Assembly (NCBI RefSeq): GCF_043585085.1
Contig: NZ_CP121320.1
Direction: 5' to 3' (one strand)
From: Hoeflea sp.
Lineage (GTDB): Bacteria; Pseudomonadota; Alphaproteobacteria; Rhizobiales; Rhizobiaceae
Length of the DNA stretch: 64,000 bases
In this document: positions 10,205 through 19,680 of the stretch, one piece after another
Numbering within the stretch: position 1 is the first letter of the stretch
How the letters are laid out: each line of letters begins with the position of its first letter
Position numbers and translations under genes: made by a program
The notes under the pieces: model-generated
Databases searched by the model: none
Seen by the model: the letters and a program-made list of their open reading frames with translations, nothing else
Told to the model about the DNA's origin: nothing

Positions 10205-11212
10205 TCACACCGTGTCGTAGACGACTTCGAGGGACGGCCGCGCCAGGGCCGAGGCCGGGCACATGTCTTCGGGCATCGCCGGGACGAGCACATAGTCGCC
10301 ACCGGTGTCGCTGGAATCGAACAGGTTGATCAGGCCATCCTGGTCAAGCGGTTCGGGCAGCACCGGCGGAGCAATGCCGAGATTGATCGCAAGCGACTGG
10401 AACAGCGGCCCCCAGCGGTTGTCCGGGTGACCGATGATCTGGTAATTGGCGCTCTTCTTGCGGATGTCGTCATCCTGCGGGATCGCGGCCAGAACCGGAA
10501 TGCCGACAGCCTTGGCGAATGCGGCCGCCTCACCCGAGCCGTCATCCTTGTTGATGACCATGCCGGCAACGCCGACATTGCCGCCGAGCTTGCGGAAATA
10601 CTGCACCGCGGAGCAGACATTGTTGGCGACATAGAGTGACTGCAGGTCGTTCGAGCCGACAACAACCACCTTCTGGCACATGTCGCGCGCAATCGGAAGG
10701 CCGAAGCCGCCGCAGACCACGTCGCCCAGAAAATCGAGCAGCACATAGTCGAAGTCCCAGTCATGGAAGCCGAGCTTCTCAAGGGTTTCAAAGCCGTGAA
10801 TGATGCCACGGCCGCCGCAACCGCGACCAACTTCCGGGCCGCCAAGCTCCATGGCGAAAACGCCATCACGCTTGAAGCAGACATCGGAGATGGTGATGTC
10901 CGCACCGGCTGCCTTCATCTTGGACGAGGTCTCGATGATGGTCGGGCAGGCGCGGCCGCCAAACAGCAAGGAGGTGGTGTCGCTCTTGGGATCGCAGCCG
11001 ATCAGCAGCACCTTCTTTCCGAGCTGGGCCAGCATGCAGGACAGATTGGCCAGCGTGAAGGATTTGCCGATGCCGCCCTTGCCGTAGATCGCGATGATCT
11101 GGGTGTCTTTCTTGACCGGTCCGGTGTGCGGCTGATCAGGCTCGATCGCTGCCTCTTCTCTCAAGAGATCATGGACGCTGTCGGTTGCGTTTCCGCCGAA
11201 GCCTTCAGTCAT
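10205..11212 (-). CDS. bchX: Chlorophyllide a reductase iron protein
   Basis: YGKGGIGKS, GCDPKSD, EVGRGCGGRG and DFLGDVVCGGF NifH-like motifs; ATGA overlap with bchC. Confidence 0.98.
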   Translation of the reverse strand: MTEGFGGNATDSVHDLLREEAAIEPDQPHTGPVKKDTQIIAIYGKGGIGKSFTLANLSCMLAQLGKKVLLIGCDPKSDTTSLLFGGRACPTIIETSSKMKAAGADITISDVCFKRDGVFAMELGGPEVGRGCGGRGIIHGFETLEKLGFHDWDFDYVLLDFLGDVVCGGFGLPIARDMCQKVVVVGSNDLQSLYVANNVCSAVQYFRKLGGNVGVAGMVINKDDGSGEAAAFAKAVGIPVLAAIPQDDDIRKKSANYQIIGHPDNRWGPLFQSLAINLGIAPPVLPEPLDQDGLINLFDSSDTGGDYVLVPAMPEDMCPASALARPSLEVVYDTV

Positions 11213-12153
11213 TGAGGTTCCCTCCAATCAATGATCATTTTCAGACAGCCGGGGTCGCCGAAGGCGGTCCGGTATGCAGCCTCGGCGTCTGCCGGGCTCG
11301 AGCTGTGGGTAATCAGGCCATCGAGCGAAAGCCGGCCAGCGGCGAGCAGATCGAGGACTGCGTGAACATCACCGGGCCTGAACTCAGCGGCGATGCGGAA
11401 TTGCGCTTCGCGCATGAAGGCTGGCGTGAAACGGAAGCTCATGGTCTCGCTGTAGAAGCCAGCCAGGGTGACTTCCCCGCCGCGCTCAAGCACTGCGATG
11501 GCCTTGTCGAGAATGTCCGGATCGCCTGAGGCGTCGATGACGGAGGCGAAGGTCTGGCCCTTGCAGGCTTCCGAAGTCGTGACCTCATAGCCGTCCGCAC
11601 CATCCTTGCGCGCTGGATTGATTTCCCAGACTGTCGGTGCCTTGTGCCCCATGGCAATGATGAGGCGTGCGGTCAAACGGCCGACGATGCCGTGACCGAT
11701 CACCAGATCAGGGGTCCTCATGCCCGGAAGCGTGAGCGCGTGGTAGGCGGTGGCTGCCAGTGACAGAAGGGTTCCGGTCTGTGCCAGATCCTCGGTGATC
11801 GGAATCACACGGTCGGCGGGTGCAACCAGATCTGAGGCAGAGGCACCAAACAAGGCCGCTGCATCACGGTAACCGCGGGCGCCGGGCACAAAGACGAGAC
11901 TGCCTTCAAGACCTGACGGCGCGTCGCGACCTGCCGAAACGACCCGCCCGACAGTCTCGTAGCCAGGCACCAGCGGATACCCCATTCCCGGGAACGCCGG
12001 CATGCGGCCTTCGAACAGAAGCTTTTCGGTGCCTGCACTGATGCCACTCCAGGCTGAGCGAACAACGACATCGCCATTGCCGGGATCGGCAACGTGCAGC
12101 GCCTGCAATCCGATGCGCTCTGGTTGTTCAAAAACAATTGCCTGTGTTTGCAT
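11209..12153 (-). CDS. bchC: 3-hydroxyethyl bacteriochlorophyllide a dehydrogenase
   Basis: WSGISAGTEKLL, PGMGYPLVPGYE and LATAYHAL-like segments; first gene of bchCXYZ. Confidence 0.95.
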   Translation of the reverse strand: MQTQAIVFEQPERIGLQALHVADPGNGDVVVRSAWSGISAGTEKLLFEGRMPAFPGMGYPLVPGYETVGRVVSAGRDAPSGLEGSLVFVPGARGYRDAAALFGASASDLVAPADRVIPITEDLAQTGTLLSLAATAYHALTLPGMRTPDLVIGHGIVGRLTARLIIAMGHKAPTVWEINPARKDGADGYEVTTSEACKGQTFASVIDASGDPDILDKAIAVLERGGEVTLAGFYSETMSFRFTPAFMREAQFRIAAEFRPGDVHAVLDLLAAGRLSLDGLITHSSSPADAEAAYRTAFGDPGCLKMIIDWREPQ

Positions 12154-12196
12154 CTTGTTCGGTCTGCCTTCAAAGGACGAGACTCTGCCTCCTGTA

Positions 12197-12240
12197 TGTA
12201 ATATTGATTTTACATCAATATCTGTCAACTCAAATTTACA
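12197..12240 (-). promoter_or_regulatory. bchC promoter with tandem PpsR/CrtJ palindromes
   Basis: TGT-N12-ACA at 12197-12214 and 12223-12240, 8 bp apart; on the minus strand TTGACA-17bp-AATATT. Confidence 0.9.
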
Positions 12241-12256
12241 TTCGTTCAGATGAATG

Positions 12257-13456
12257 TCAGGGAAATGCGACAACAATGGTTGCCATCAGCGGTGAGCGGC
12301 AGGCCTTGACGTCAAAACCGGAGAAGCCGGCGTTCCTGGCCAGTGCGCCGATCTCTTCGGGCGTCCGGCAGCGGCCAGGCCCCATCGCCATGACATAGAC
12401 CCCGAAATAGGCGGTGGCGGAGCGCTGTCCGCGTGAGTGATTGCCCGCCATCGGCTCGGCAATGACCAGCGTCTGCCCCGGATCCATGGCGGCGCGGACA
12501 TTGCGCAAGAGCCGCAGCACAACCGCATCCTCATGATCGAACAGCACCCGCACCAGCGAGACGCAATCATGGCCGCGGGGCAGCGCATCATCGAGAAAGC
12601 TGCCGCCATAGCAACGCGGGCACTGGCCCAGCGGGTGATCGGCGAACCTGACCCGCGCCCGCTTGGCGACCGGCGGCAGATCAAACAAGGACATCCGCAG
12701 GCCGGGATAGCGTTTGGCGACGGCCGTGAGGAAGGCCCCCTCGCCGCCGCCGATGTCGATCAGGCTTGTGTGCTTGCTGAAATCATAGGCGTCGAGAATT
12801 TCATCCGACAGCATCGACTGGCTGGCCGCCATCAGTGCCGAATAGGCTGCAGCATCACCAGGCTTGACCACTGTTTCCCTGCCGGACCCGGCATAGGACC
12901 AGAGCCGCCGCATCTCCGTGTCGGCGTGCGAGCCATCAAACAGGGCAACCGGATCATTGAGATCGCGGTAGAGAAGCGCATGATGATTGATCATCGCGCG
13001 CAGCCCTTCATCGCTGCAAACAATGGCGCCGTGATCGTCCAGCGTGACAAAGCCGTCCGTGCCAGCGGTTACGAGGCCAACCGATTGCGCCGCCTGTACC
13101 AGCCGGGCCAGACGATCCTGTGGAAAACCCGTGCGGGACGCGAGTTCCGCCATGGTGACAGGACCATCTGCAAGCCCATCAAGGAGGCCGGATTTCAGGC
13201 TGGTGAAGAGAATCTGGCTTTGCACGAAGCCGGTCACAAGGGCGAAAAGATCGTTTTCCCGGGCACGTGAATAGGTGCTGGTGAAGGGAAGCCGCTGAGC
13301 CAGACGGCGAAAGCCGGGGCGGGCGACCAGCCGCGCACGCCAGGCCTGCAGCCGCGAACGCCAGCCAGGGCGCAATGGATGTTCCGACTGCGAAGCCAGA
13401 TCCGGGCGGCTGGCCGGGCGAGTATCCGGGTGACTGGCCGGAACGGTGGAAACCAT
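12257..13456 (-). CDS. crtF: Hydroxyneurosporene O-methyltransferase
   Basis: GFVQSQIL dimerisation segment, LIDIGGGEG SAM motif and LVRVLFDH. Confidence 0.93.
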   Translation of the reverse strand: MVSTVPASHPDTRPASRPDLASQSEHPLRPGWRSRLQAWRARLVARPGFRRLAQRLPFTSTYSRARENDLFALVTGFVQSQILFTSLKSGLLDGLADGPVTMAELASRTGFPQDRLARLVQAAQSVGLVTAGTDGFVTLDDHGAIVCSDEGLRAMINHHALLYRDLNDPVALFDGSHADTEMRRLWSYAGSGRETVVKPGDAAAYSALMAASQSMLSDEILDAYDFSKHTSLIDIGGGEGAFLTAVAKRYPGLRMSLFDLPPVAKRARVRFADHPLGQCPRCYGGSFLDDALPRGHDCVSLVRVLFDHEDAVVLRLLRNVRAAMDPGQTLVIAEPMAGNHSRGQRSATAYFGVYVMAMGPGRCRTPEEIGALARNAGFSGFDVKACRSPLMATIVVAFP

Positions 13457-13460
13457 TGTC

Positions 13461-14330
13461 TCAGGCGGCCACTGTGGCCAGGCTCTTGGGAACCAGCCGC
13501 TTGGCCTCACCCAGGATCAGTTGCTTGAGCATGTCGGAGCCACGGCACTCGGGGATCGACGCGGCCGCCTGGCTGACCAGATCCTGAAGCCTCTGAACCG
13601 CTCCGCCAAGGCCCAGCTCATGCACCGCATTGGGCCGGTCATGGGCCGCATCCTGACCGCAGGGCTTGCCGATTTCCTCGGCGCTTGATGCGAAATCACG
13701 CAGGTCATCAGCGACCTGGAAGGCATCACCCAACGCTTCGCCAAGCCCATACCAGTTTTGTGGATCAGCACCGGCTGCAATGGCGCCGGCAGTGGTCGAG
13801 CCGATGAACAGCGATGAGGTCTTGGCGCGGTGATAGACCTTGAGATCGATGCTCTTCTCGCTCTCCCAGGCTTGACCGGCAATGATGCCATGGGGCATGC
13901 CGACGGCACGGCCAATGACCCCGATCAGCGGCGCAATCCGGTCCGGCGTGACCAGGCATTCGCGTGCGATGGTCTCGAAGGCCAGAACGATCAGCGCGTC
14001 ACCGGCGAGCACGGCAGTGGTTTCACCATATGCGGTGTGGACACTGGGCTTGCCACGGCGGATGGCGGCGTCGTCAAAGCATGGCAGATCATCATGCACC
14101 AGTGACGCGCAGTGCAGAAGTTCGATGGCAGTGGCAGCGGCATTGGAGGCGTTGGGTGCTTCGTCGCCTTCCGCAAGCGCCACGGCTAGGCACAGCCGCG
14201 GCCGGATGCGGGCGCCGCCGGGGAACACCGAATAACGCAGCGCGTCACAGATGATTGACGGATTGCCGCCAGCGGTTGCGAATGTAATGGCCTGTTCCAG
14301 GTTGCGGTCGATGCGTTTTTGCAGATCCAT
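13461..14330 (-). CDS. crtE: Geranylgeranyl diphosphate synthase
   Basis: GGARIRP, HCASLVHDDLPCFDDAAIRRGKP and FQVADD. Confidence 0.95.
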   Translation of the reverse strand: MDLQKRIDRNLEQAITFATAGGNPSIICDALRYSVFPGGARIRPRLCLAVALAEGDEAPNASNAAATAIELLHCASLVHDDLPCFDDAAIRRGKPSVHTAYGETTAVLAGDALIVLAFETIARECLVTPDRIAPLIGVIGRAVGMPHGIIAGQAWESEKSIDLKVYHRAKTSSLFIGSTTAGAIAAGADPQNWYGLGEALGDAFQVADDLRDFASSAEEIGKPCGQDAAHDRPNAVHELGLGGAVQRLQDLVSQAAASIPECRGSDMLKQLILGEAKRLVPKSLATVAA

Positions 14331-14360
14331 CCGGGCTCTCCCTCCAGCGCCAACTTACAA

Positions 14361-14404
14361 TGTCACTTTAATATGACATTAATATGTGTAAAATAATCCT
14401 GACA
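14361..14404. promoter_or_regulatory. Tandem PpsR palindromes in the divergent crtE/crtD spacer
   Basis: TGT-N12-ACA at 14361-14378 and 14387-14404, 8 bp apart, in an AT-rich spacer. Confidence 0.88.
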
Positions 14405-14444
14405 TAATTGGATGGATTGTCAACGCTGTTTGCCACCATGATCA

Positions 14445-16004
14445 ATGGAGAGTGAGATCAACAGGACACCGCGCCAGAAAGTGATCATCGTGGGAGCGGG
14501 AGCCGGAGGGCTTTCCGCCGCCATTTCGGCGGCATCTGCCGGCATGGACGTCACCGTTGTCGACCGTGCCGCAACACCGGGGGGCAAGATGCGCAGGCTG
14601 GACGTGGGCGGCCGGCAGGTGGATGCGGGCCCGACAGTCCTGACCATGCGTTGGGTGTTTGAACGGCTGTTTGCGATGGCCGGAACCTCGCTTGAGGCGC
14701 GAATCCGGCTCAACCAGGCCCATGTGCTGGCCCGTCATGGCTGGTCCGACGGTGCACAACTGGATTTGTTTGCAGATGTCGAGGAAAGCGCGCGGGCAAT
14801 CGAGGCCTTTTCCAACCGGGCAAATGCTGAAGGCTATCGCCGGTTCGCAGCTCAAAGTGCGGCGATGTTCGCGACGCTGAGACCAAGCTACATCGATGCG
14901 CAGCGGCCCGGGCCCCTGTCGCTGATGGCGCGGATCGGTCCGCTCAATCTTAGGGAACAATGGGCACTGAAGCCGTTTTCGACGCTGTGGTCAGCGCTTG
15001 GCGAGCATTTCTCCGATCCGCGGCTGAAGCAATTGTATGGCCGCTACGCCACCTATTGCGGGTCCTCGCCGTTTCAGGCGCCCGCGACGCTGATGCTGGT
15101 CGCCCATGCCGAACAGGATGGCGTGTGGCTGGCGCAAGGCGGCATGCACGGACTGGCGAGAAGCATGGAAGCGCTGGCGCGGGAACTGGGCGTCACATTC
15201 CGCTATGGGGCCGATGTGTCGGCGATTGAAAGCGGCAGACAGGGGGTCACCGGGCTGACGCTGACCTCCGGTGAGCAGCTTTTGGCTGACCGGATCATCT
15301 TCAATGGCGACATCTCGGCGCTCAAGGGCCTTGTGGATGGCACGGACACAGGCGTCACACCGACCCCGCGGTCCAAACGCTCCTTTTCGGCGCTCACCTT
15401 TGCGATGACGGCGCGCACATCGGGCTTTCCGCTGGCGCATCACACGGTGTTCTTTTCCGATGACTACCGAGCGGAATTCGAGGCCATGTCAAAGCGGCGG
15501 ACGATGCCCTCAAGCCCGACCACCTATATCTGCGCCCAGGATCGCGACGATGCAGGAAACCTGCCTGATGCGATCGAGCGCGAACGCATGTTGTTCATCC
15601 TCAATGCTCCTGCGGATGGCGACCGGACACATTTCAATGACAAGGAAACTGCAACATGTCTCGATCAGGCACTCGCACTGCTTTCGGCCTCGGGGCTGGA
15701 GATAGAGAAGAGCGGCATGGATTGCGTTCCCACGACTCCGGCGCAGTTTCACCAGTTGTTTCCGGCAACGGGGGGCGCGCTTTACGGCCGGGCCTCGCAC
15801 GGATGGACAGCCTCGTTCCGGAGACCGGGATCGCGGACGCGGATCCCGGGGCTTTATCTGGCGGGGGGCAGCGCCCATCCGGGGCCGGGCGTGCCGATGG
15901 CGACGCTTTCCGGCATGCTGGCGGCGGAGAGCCTGGTCGAGGACCTCGCTTCGATGCGCCTGTCCCGCCCGGCGGTTATCTCTGGTGGTATGTCGACGGC
16001 CTGA
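14445..16004 (+). CDS. crtD: 1-hydroxycarotenoid 3,4-desaturase
   Basis: GAGAGG FAD motif, PGGKMR, DAGPTVLTMRWVFE and HPGPGVPMATLSG. Confidence 0.95.
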   Translation: MESEINRTPRQKVIIVGAGAGGLSAAISAASAGMDVTVVDRAATPGGKMRRLDVGGRQVDAGPTVLTMRWVFERLFAMAGTSLEARIRLNQAHVLARHGWSDGAQLDLFADVEESARAIEAFSNRANAEGYRRFAAQSAAMFATLRPSYIDAQRPGPLSLMARIGPLNLREQWALKPFSTLWSALGEHFSDPRLKQLYGRYATYCGSSPFQAPATLMLVAHAEQDGVWLAQGGMHGLARSMEALARELGVTFRYGADVSAIESGRQGVTGLTLTSGEQLLADRIIFNGDISALKGLVDGTDTGVTPTPRSKRSFSALTFAMTARTSGFPLAHHTVFFSDDYRAEFEAMSKRRTMPSSPTTYICAQDRDDAGNLPDAIERERMLFILNAPADGDRTHFNDKETATCLDQALALLSASGLEIEKSGMDCVPTTPAQFHQLFPATGGALYGRASHGWTASFRRPGSRTRIPGLYLAGGSAHPGPGVPMATLSGMLAAESLVEDLASMRLSRPAVISGGMSTA

Positions 16005-16885
16005 GCGACTGCGGCCGGTACGGGCTGTCTGTGATCTCCTTTGTCGGCTCGGTGTTCTCCCCCTATTACCACTGGGCAGGACGTCGCGACCCCGAGAATC
16101 ATGTCTGCATCAACGTGGCTCTCTACCGTCCGGGCGGCAATTGCTGGAGCATGACCGAGCGCGGACGCGGCGCGATGCGCCGTGACGCCACATCGTTTCA
16201 AGTCGGACCAAGCAGTATCCGCCGCGATGGTTCCGATATCATCATCGATTTTGACGAGATCTCGGTTCCCCGTCCACCAGCGCAATGGCTGCCAAGACGG
16301 ATCAAGGGGAGCATCCGGTATTCGCCAGATGCTGTGACCTCACAGGTTTTCGACATTGACCAGAACGGTCGTCACCGCTGGTGGCCGGTCTCGCCTACCG
16401 GACGGATCAGCCTCAAGATGGAAACCGGTGGCGAGGATTGGACCGGCCATGGCTATATGGACAGCAACTGGGGCACCGAACCGCTGGAGGAAGGCTTCAA
16501 GCTCTGGGACTGGGCACGTGGCCTAACACCCGATGGCGACGCGGTGATCCTCTATGATGCGATCCGCAAGGATGGCGGGCGTGGCCAGATCGCGCTCCGG
16601 ATCGGCCGTGACGGGGCAGTGCAACCATTCGAGATGCCCGCCAAGACATCGCTGTCGAAAGGCTTCTGGGGTGTTCCGCGGTCCGGTCACCACGATCAGG
16701 GCGCAGAGGCCAAGGCGCGGATTGTCCGGACGCTCGAGGACGGGCCGTTCTACACCCGCTCGGTCATGGCCACCCAGCTGCTGGGTGAAGACGTCGAACT
16801 GATGCATGAAAGCCTGTCCGGCGACCGCTTCGCCTCGCCAGTCGTCAAGGCCATGCTGCCATTCAGAATGCCGCGACGGCGGTAG
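15803..16885 (+). CDS. crtC: Hydroxyneurosporene synthase / carotenoid 1,2-hydratase (start uncertain; overlaps crtD)
   Basis: PRFDAPVPPGGYLWWYVDG, SFVGSVFSPYY, GHGYMDSNWG and PFYTRS; nearest in-frame ATG upstream of these motifs is 15803. Confidence 0.9.
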   Translation: MDSLVPETGIADADPGALSGGGQRPSGAGRADGDAFRHAGGGEPGRGPRFDAPVPPGGYLWWYVDGLSDCGRYGLSVISFVGSVFSPYYHWAGRRDPENHVCINVALYRPGGNCWSMTERGRGAMRRDATSFQVGPSSIRRDGSDIIIDFDEISVPRPPAQWLPRRIKGSIRYSPDAVTSQVFDIDQNGRHRWWPVSPTGRISLKMETGGEDWTGHGYMDSNWGTEPLEEGFKLWDWARGLTPDGDAVILYDAIRKDGGRGQIALRIGRDGAVQPFEMPAKTSLSKGFWGVPRSGHHDQGAEAKARIVRTLEDGPFYTRSVMATQLLGEDVELMHESLSGDRFASPVVKAMLPFRMPRRR

Positions 16886-16904
16886 GAACACGGCTCTTGC
16901 CTGC

Positions 16905-17051
16905 CTAATTCCGCATCTCCTCCTCACGCTCACGCGCCTCCCTCTCCTCTCGCGCGCGGATGTCACGCCTAAGGGTGCGCATTTGCCAGATGATGAACAG
17001 CATGAAGCCGCCGAAGGTGAGTGCGATTTCGATCAGGCCCGCATATTTCAT
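16905..17051 (-). CDS. 48-aa single-pass membrane protein, not in the ORF track
   Basis: Translates MKYAGLIEIALTFGGFMLFIIWQMRTLRRDIRAREEREAREREEEMRN; fills the crtB-crtC gap; no clear SD. Confidence 0.65.
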   Translation of the reverse strand: MKYAGLIEIALTFGGFMLFIIWQMRTLRRDIRAREEREAREREEEMRN

Positions 17052-17075
17052 GGCATCACGCGCGCTTTGGGCATC

Positions 17076-18116
17076 TCAAACATTGATCCCGGCGGCGCGG
17101 CGGCGGTCTTCGGACCGGGCCATCAGCTCGATCATGCGGCCGGCCTTGGCGTCCAGTCCGCGCGGGGCCTGGCTGCGGCCTGCGGCTGCGGCTTCCACCA
17201 GAAAGCGAACCTCGGGATGGGCCGGCTCGGTGGACACCGGCTGGAACAGGAAGGGTGTCGAGGCTGCCTGGGCGATCAGTTCGAGCTTGCGCCTTGTCGA
17301 GGTGTGGGCGCGCAGATTGACGCTGTCATGGCCGGATTTTTCGATCTCGCGGCCAATCTCGCGGTAGATCAGCGCCGCACTGCGGATGGCCATGCGGCAG
17401 GTCAAGGGCAGCCCGGCAATGCCGGTCATGGCGCGGGCATAGAGGCTCTGGGCGGCATTGAGCAGACGTTCGGTGGTGGCACGCATCGCCGGGCAGGCTT
17501 GCGGGTTTGCAAGAAACGCATCTGGATCGATGCCCGCCTCGTCGAGCCAGTCGAGCGGCAGGTAGATGCGCCCGCGGCGCGCGTCCTCGCCGACATCTCG
17601 GGCAATGTTGGTGAGCTGCATGGCAAGACCCAGATCCGCGGCACGGGCCAGCACCGCGCGGTCGCACACGCCCATGATCAGCGTCATCATCACGCCAACG
17701 GTGGAGGCGACGCGGGCCGAATAGGCGCAGAGTTCGGAGCAGTCGCGGTAGGTACGGTTCTCGACATCCCATTCAAAGCCCTCGACCAGAGCTTCCGGCA
17801 GCGCGCGCGGCAGGGCGTAATGCTCGACCACGGCGACGAAGGCGCGGTCAGCGGGATGATCGCGCGGCGTGCCGCGGTAGATCGCATCAAGCCGGGCGCG
17901 GATCTCCGCCAGACCTTCGGCGGGGTCCGCACTTTCATCGACCAGATCGTCGGTGGCGCGGCAAAAGGCGTAGAGCGCGCGCGCCGCCATCCGGGTGGAG
18001 CCTGGCAGCAGCATCGAGGCAGCGAGGAAGGATTTCGAGCCGGCACGGATGGCTTCCTCGCATTCGCGGCGAAGCTCGGGATCAAGGGCAAAGGCTTCAG
18101 TTGACGGCACTGGCAT
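17076..18116 (-). CDS. crtB: Phytoene synthase
   Basis: GSKSF, YAFCRATDDLVD and QLTNIARDVGEDARRGRIYLP. Confidence 0.96.
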   Translation of the reverse strand: MPVPSTEAFALDPELRRECEEAIRAGSKSFLAASMLLPGSTRMAARALYAFCRATDDLVDESADPAEGLAEIRARLDAIYRGTPRDHPADRAFVAVVEHYALPRALPEALVEGFEWDVENRTYRDCSELCAYSARVASTVGVMMTLIMGVCDRAVLARAADLGLAMQLTNIARDVGEDARRGRIYLPLDWLDEAGIDPDAFLANPQACPAMRATTERLLNAAQSLYARAMTGIAGLPLTCRMAIRSAALIYREIGREIEKSGHDSVNLRAHTSTRRKLELIAQAASTPFLFQPVSTEPAHPEVRFLVEAAAAGRSQAPRGLDAKAGRMIELMARSEDRRRAAGINV

Positions 18117-19629
18117 GGGGCACGACCTTGTCGAGGATCTTGGCAGAGGACACAACGCCGGGAAGGCCGGCACCGGGATGGGTGCCTGCGCCGACGATGA
18201 ACAGGTTTTCGACTTCCTCGGAAATATTGTGCGGGCGGAACCAGGCCAGCTGGGTGATCACCGGTTCGATGCCAAAGGCGGCGCCCTTGAGCGACAGCAG
18301 CCGATCGCGGAAATCAACCGGCGTGATCAGTTTCGAGGTGACGACATGATCCTTGAGGCCGGGCAGCATGGTGGCTTCGAGATGGGCCTCGATCCTGCGC
18401 CGGTAGGGTTCGGCGGCTGTGTCCCAGTCGATGTCGCCATCGAGGTTGGGCACCGGGGCGAGAACGTAGAAGCTGTCGCAGCCCTCCGGCGCCATCGAGC
18501 TGTCGCTGGCGGATGGACGGTAGAGATAGAGGCTGAAATCATCGGCCAGATGCTTGGCGTCGAAGATATCATGCAGCAGGCCGCCAAAGCGCGGCCCCAT
18601 CATCACCGTATGGTGGGGCACGTGGTCATATTTCCGGTTCACCCCGAAATACCAGACGAACAGGCTCATGGAGTATTTTGCCTTGCCGATTTTGGCATCG
18701 GTCCAGCGCTTGCGCGGATGTTTGGCAAGCAGTTTCGAATAGGTCCAGCCGGCATCGGCATTGGAGACCACGATGGCAGCCGGGATGATTTCGCCGTTCT
18801 GAAGCCTGACCCCGGTGGCCCGGCCATTCTCGACAGTGATTTCGGCCACTTCCGCATGGGTGCGGATGGAACCGCCCTGCCCGGCGATCAACCCTGCAAT
18901 GCCCTTGACCAGCGAATGGGTGCCGCCCTTGGCGTAATGCACGCCATACTCGCGCTCGAGATAGGAGATCAGGCTGAGCACGCCCGAGGAGCGCATCGGG
19001 TTGCCGCCGATGAACAGCGGGTGAAAGCTCAGCGCCTGGCGCAATTGCTCGTTCTTGATGTATTTCGACACCAGTTTGTAGACCGAGCGCTCGGCGCGGC
19101 GCATGACGAGACTTGGCAGCGACTTCACCATGGCACCAAGACTCGCATAGGATTTGTCGATCATGCCGAGAAAGCCGGCCCTGAAACACCGTTCACTTTC
19201 GCGCAGATAGCGGCGGTAGCCCTCAACATCACCCGGAGAGAATTTGGCGATCTCGGCCTCCATTGCGGCATCATTGGCCGAGGCGTGGAACTCCCGGCCA
19301 TCATCAAAACGCACGGTGTAGAACGGATCAAGCGAGACCAGCTCGATATCGTCGGAGAGCTTGCGGCCACACAATGCCCAGAGCTCTTCGAAGACAAAAG
19401 GTGCGGTGATGATGGTTGGCCCGGCGTCGAAAGTGAAACCGTCCTGGCGGAACTGCGACGCGCGGCCGCCGGGCTGTTCGAGCTTTTCGAGCACGGTGAC
19501 GCGGTAGCCGCGCGCGCCGAGCCTGACAGCAGCTGCGAGGCCGCCAAAACCGGCGCCAATCACGACGGCATGGGGCCTGGTGTCGGCGGACTGGCCGCTT
19601 GCGAGCAAGGTGTCATGGACGGTCATCAT
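18097..19629 (-). CDS. crtI: Phytoene desaturase
   Basis: VIGAGFGGL, FDAGPTIIT and GAGTHPGAGLPGV. Confidence 0.97.
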   Translation of the reverse strand: MMTVHDTLLASGQSADTRPHAVVIGAGFGGLAAAVRLGARGYRVTVLEKLEQPGGRASQFRQDGFTFDAGPTIITAPFVFEELWALCGRKLSDDIELVSLDPFYTVRFDDGREFHASANDAAMEAEIAKFSPGDVEGYRRYLRESERCFRAGFLGMIDKSYASLGAMVKSLPSLVMRRAERSVYKLVSKYIKNEQLRQALSFHPLFIGGNPMRSSGVLSLISYLEREYGVHYAKGGTHSLVKGIAGLIAGQGGSIRTHAEVAEITVENGRATGVRLQNGEIIPAAIVVSNADAGWTYSKLLAKHPRKRWTDAKIGKAKYSMSLFVWYFGVNRKYDHVPHHTVMMGPRFGGLLHDIFDAKHLADDFSLYLYRPSASDSSMAPEGCDSFYVLAPVPNLDGDIDWDTAAEPYRRRIEAHLEATMLPGLKDHVVTSKLITPVDFRDRLLSLKGAAFGIEPVITQLAWFRPHNISEEVENLFIVGAGTHPGAGLPGVVSSAKILDKVVPHASAVN

Positions 19630-19680
19630 GGCCGTGTGTCCTTCGGGGCTGAGGGTGCGGTTCTGCGCGACACAAACATC

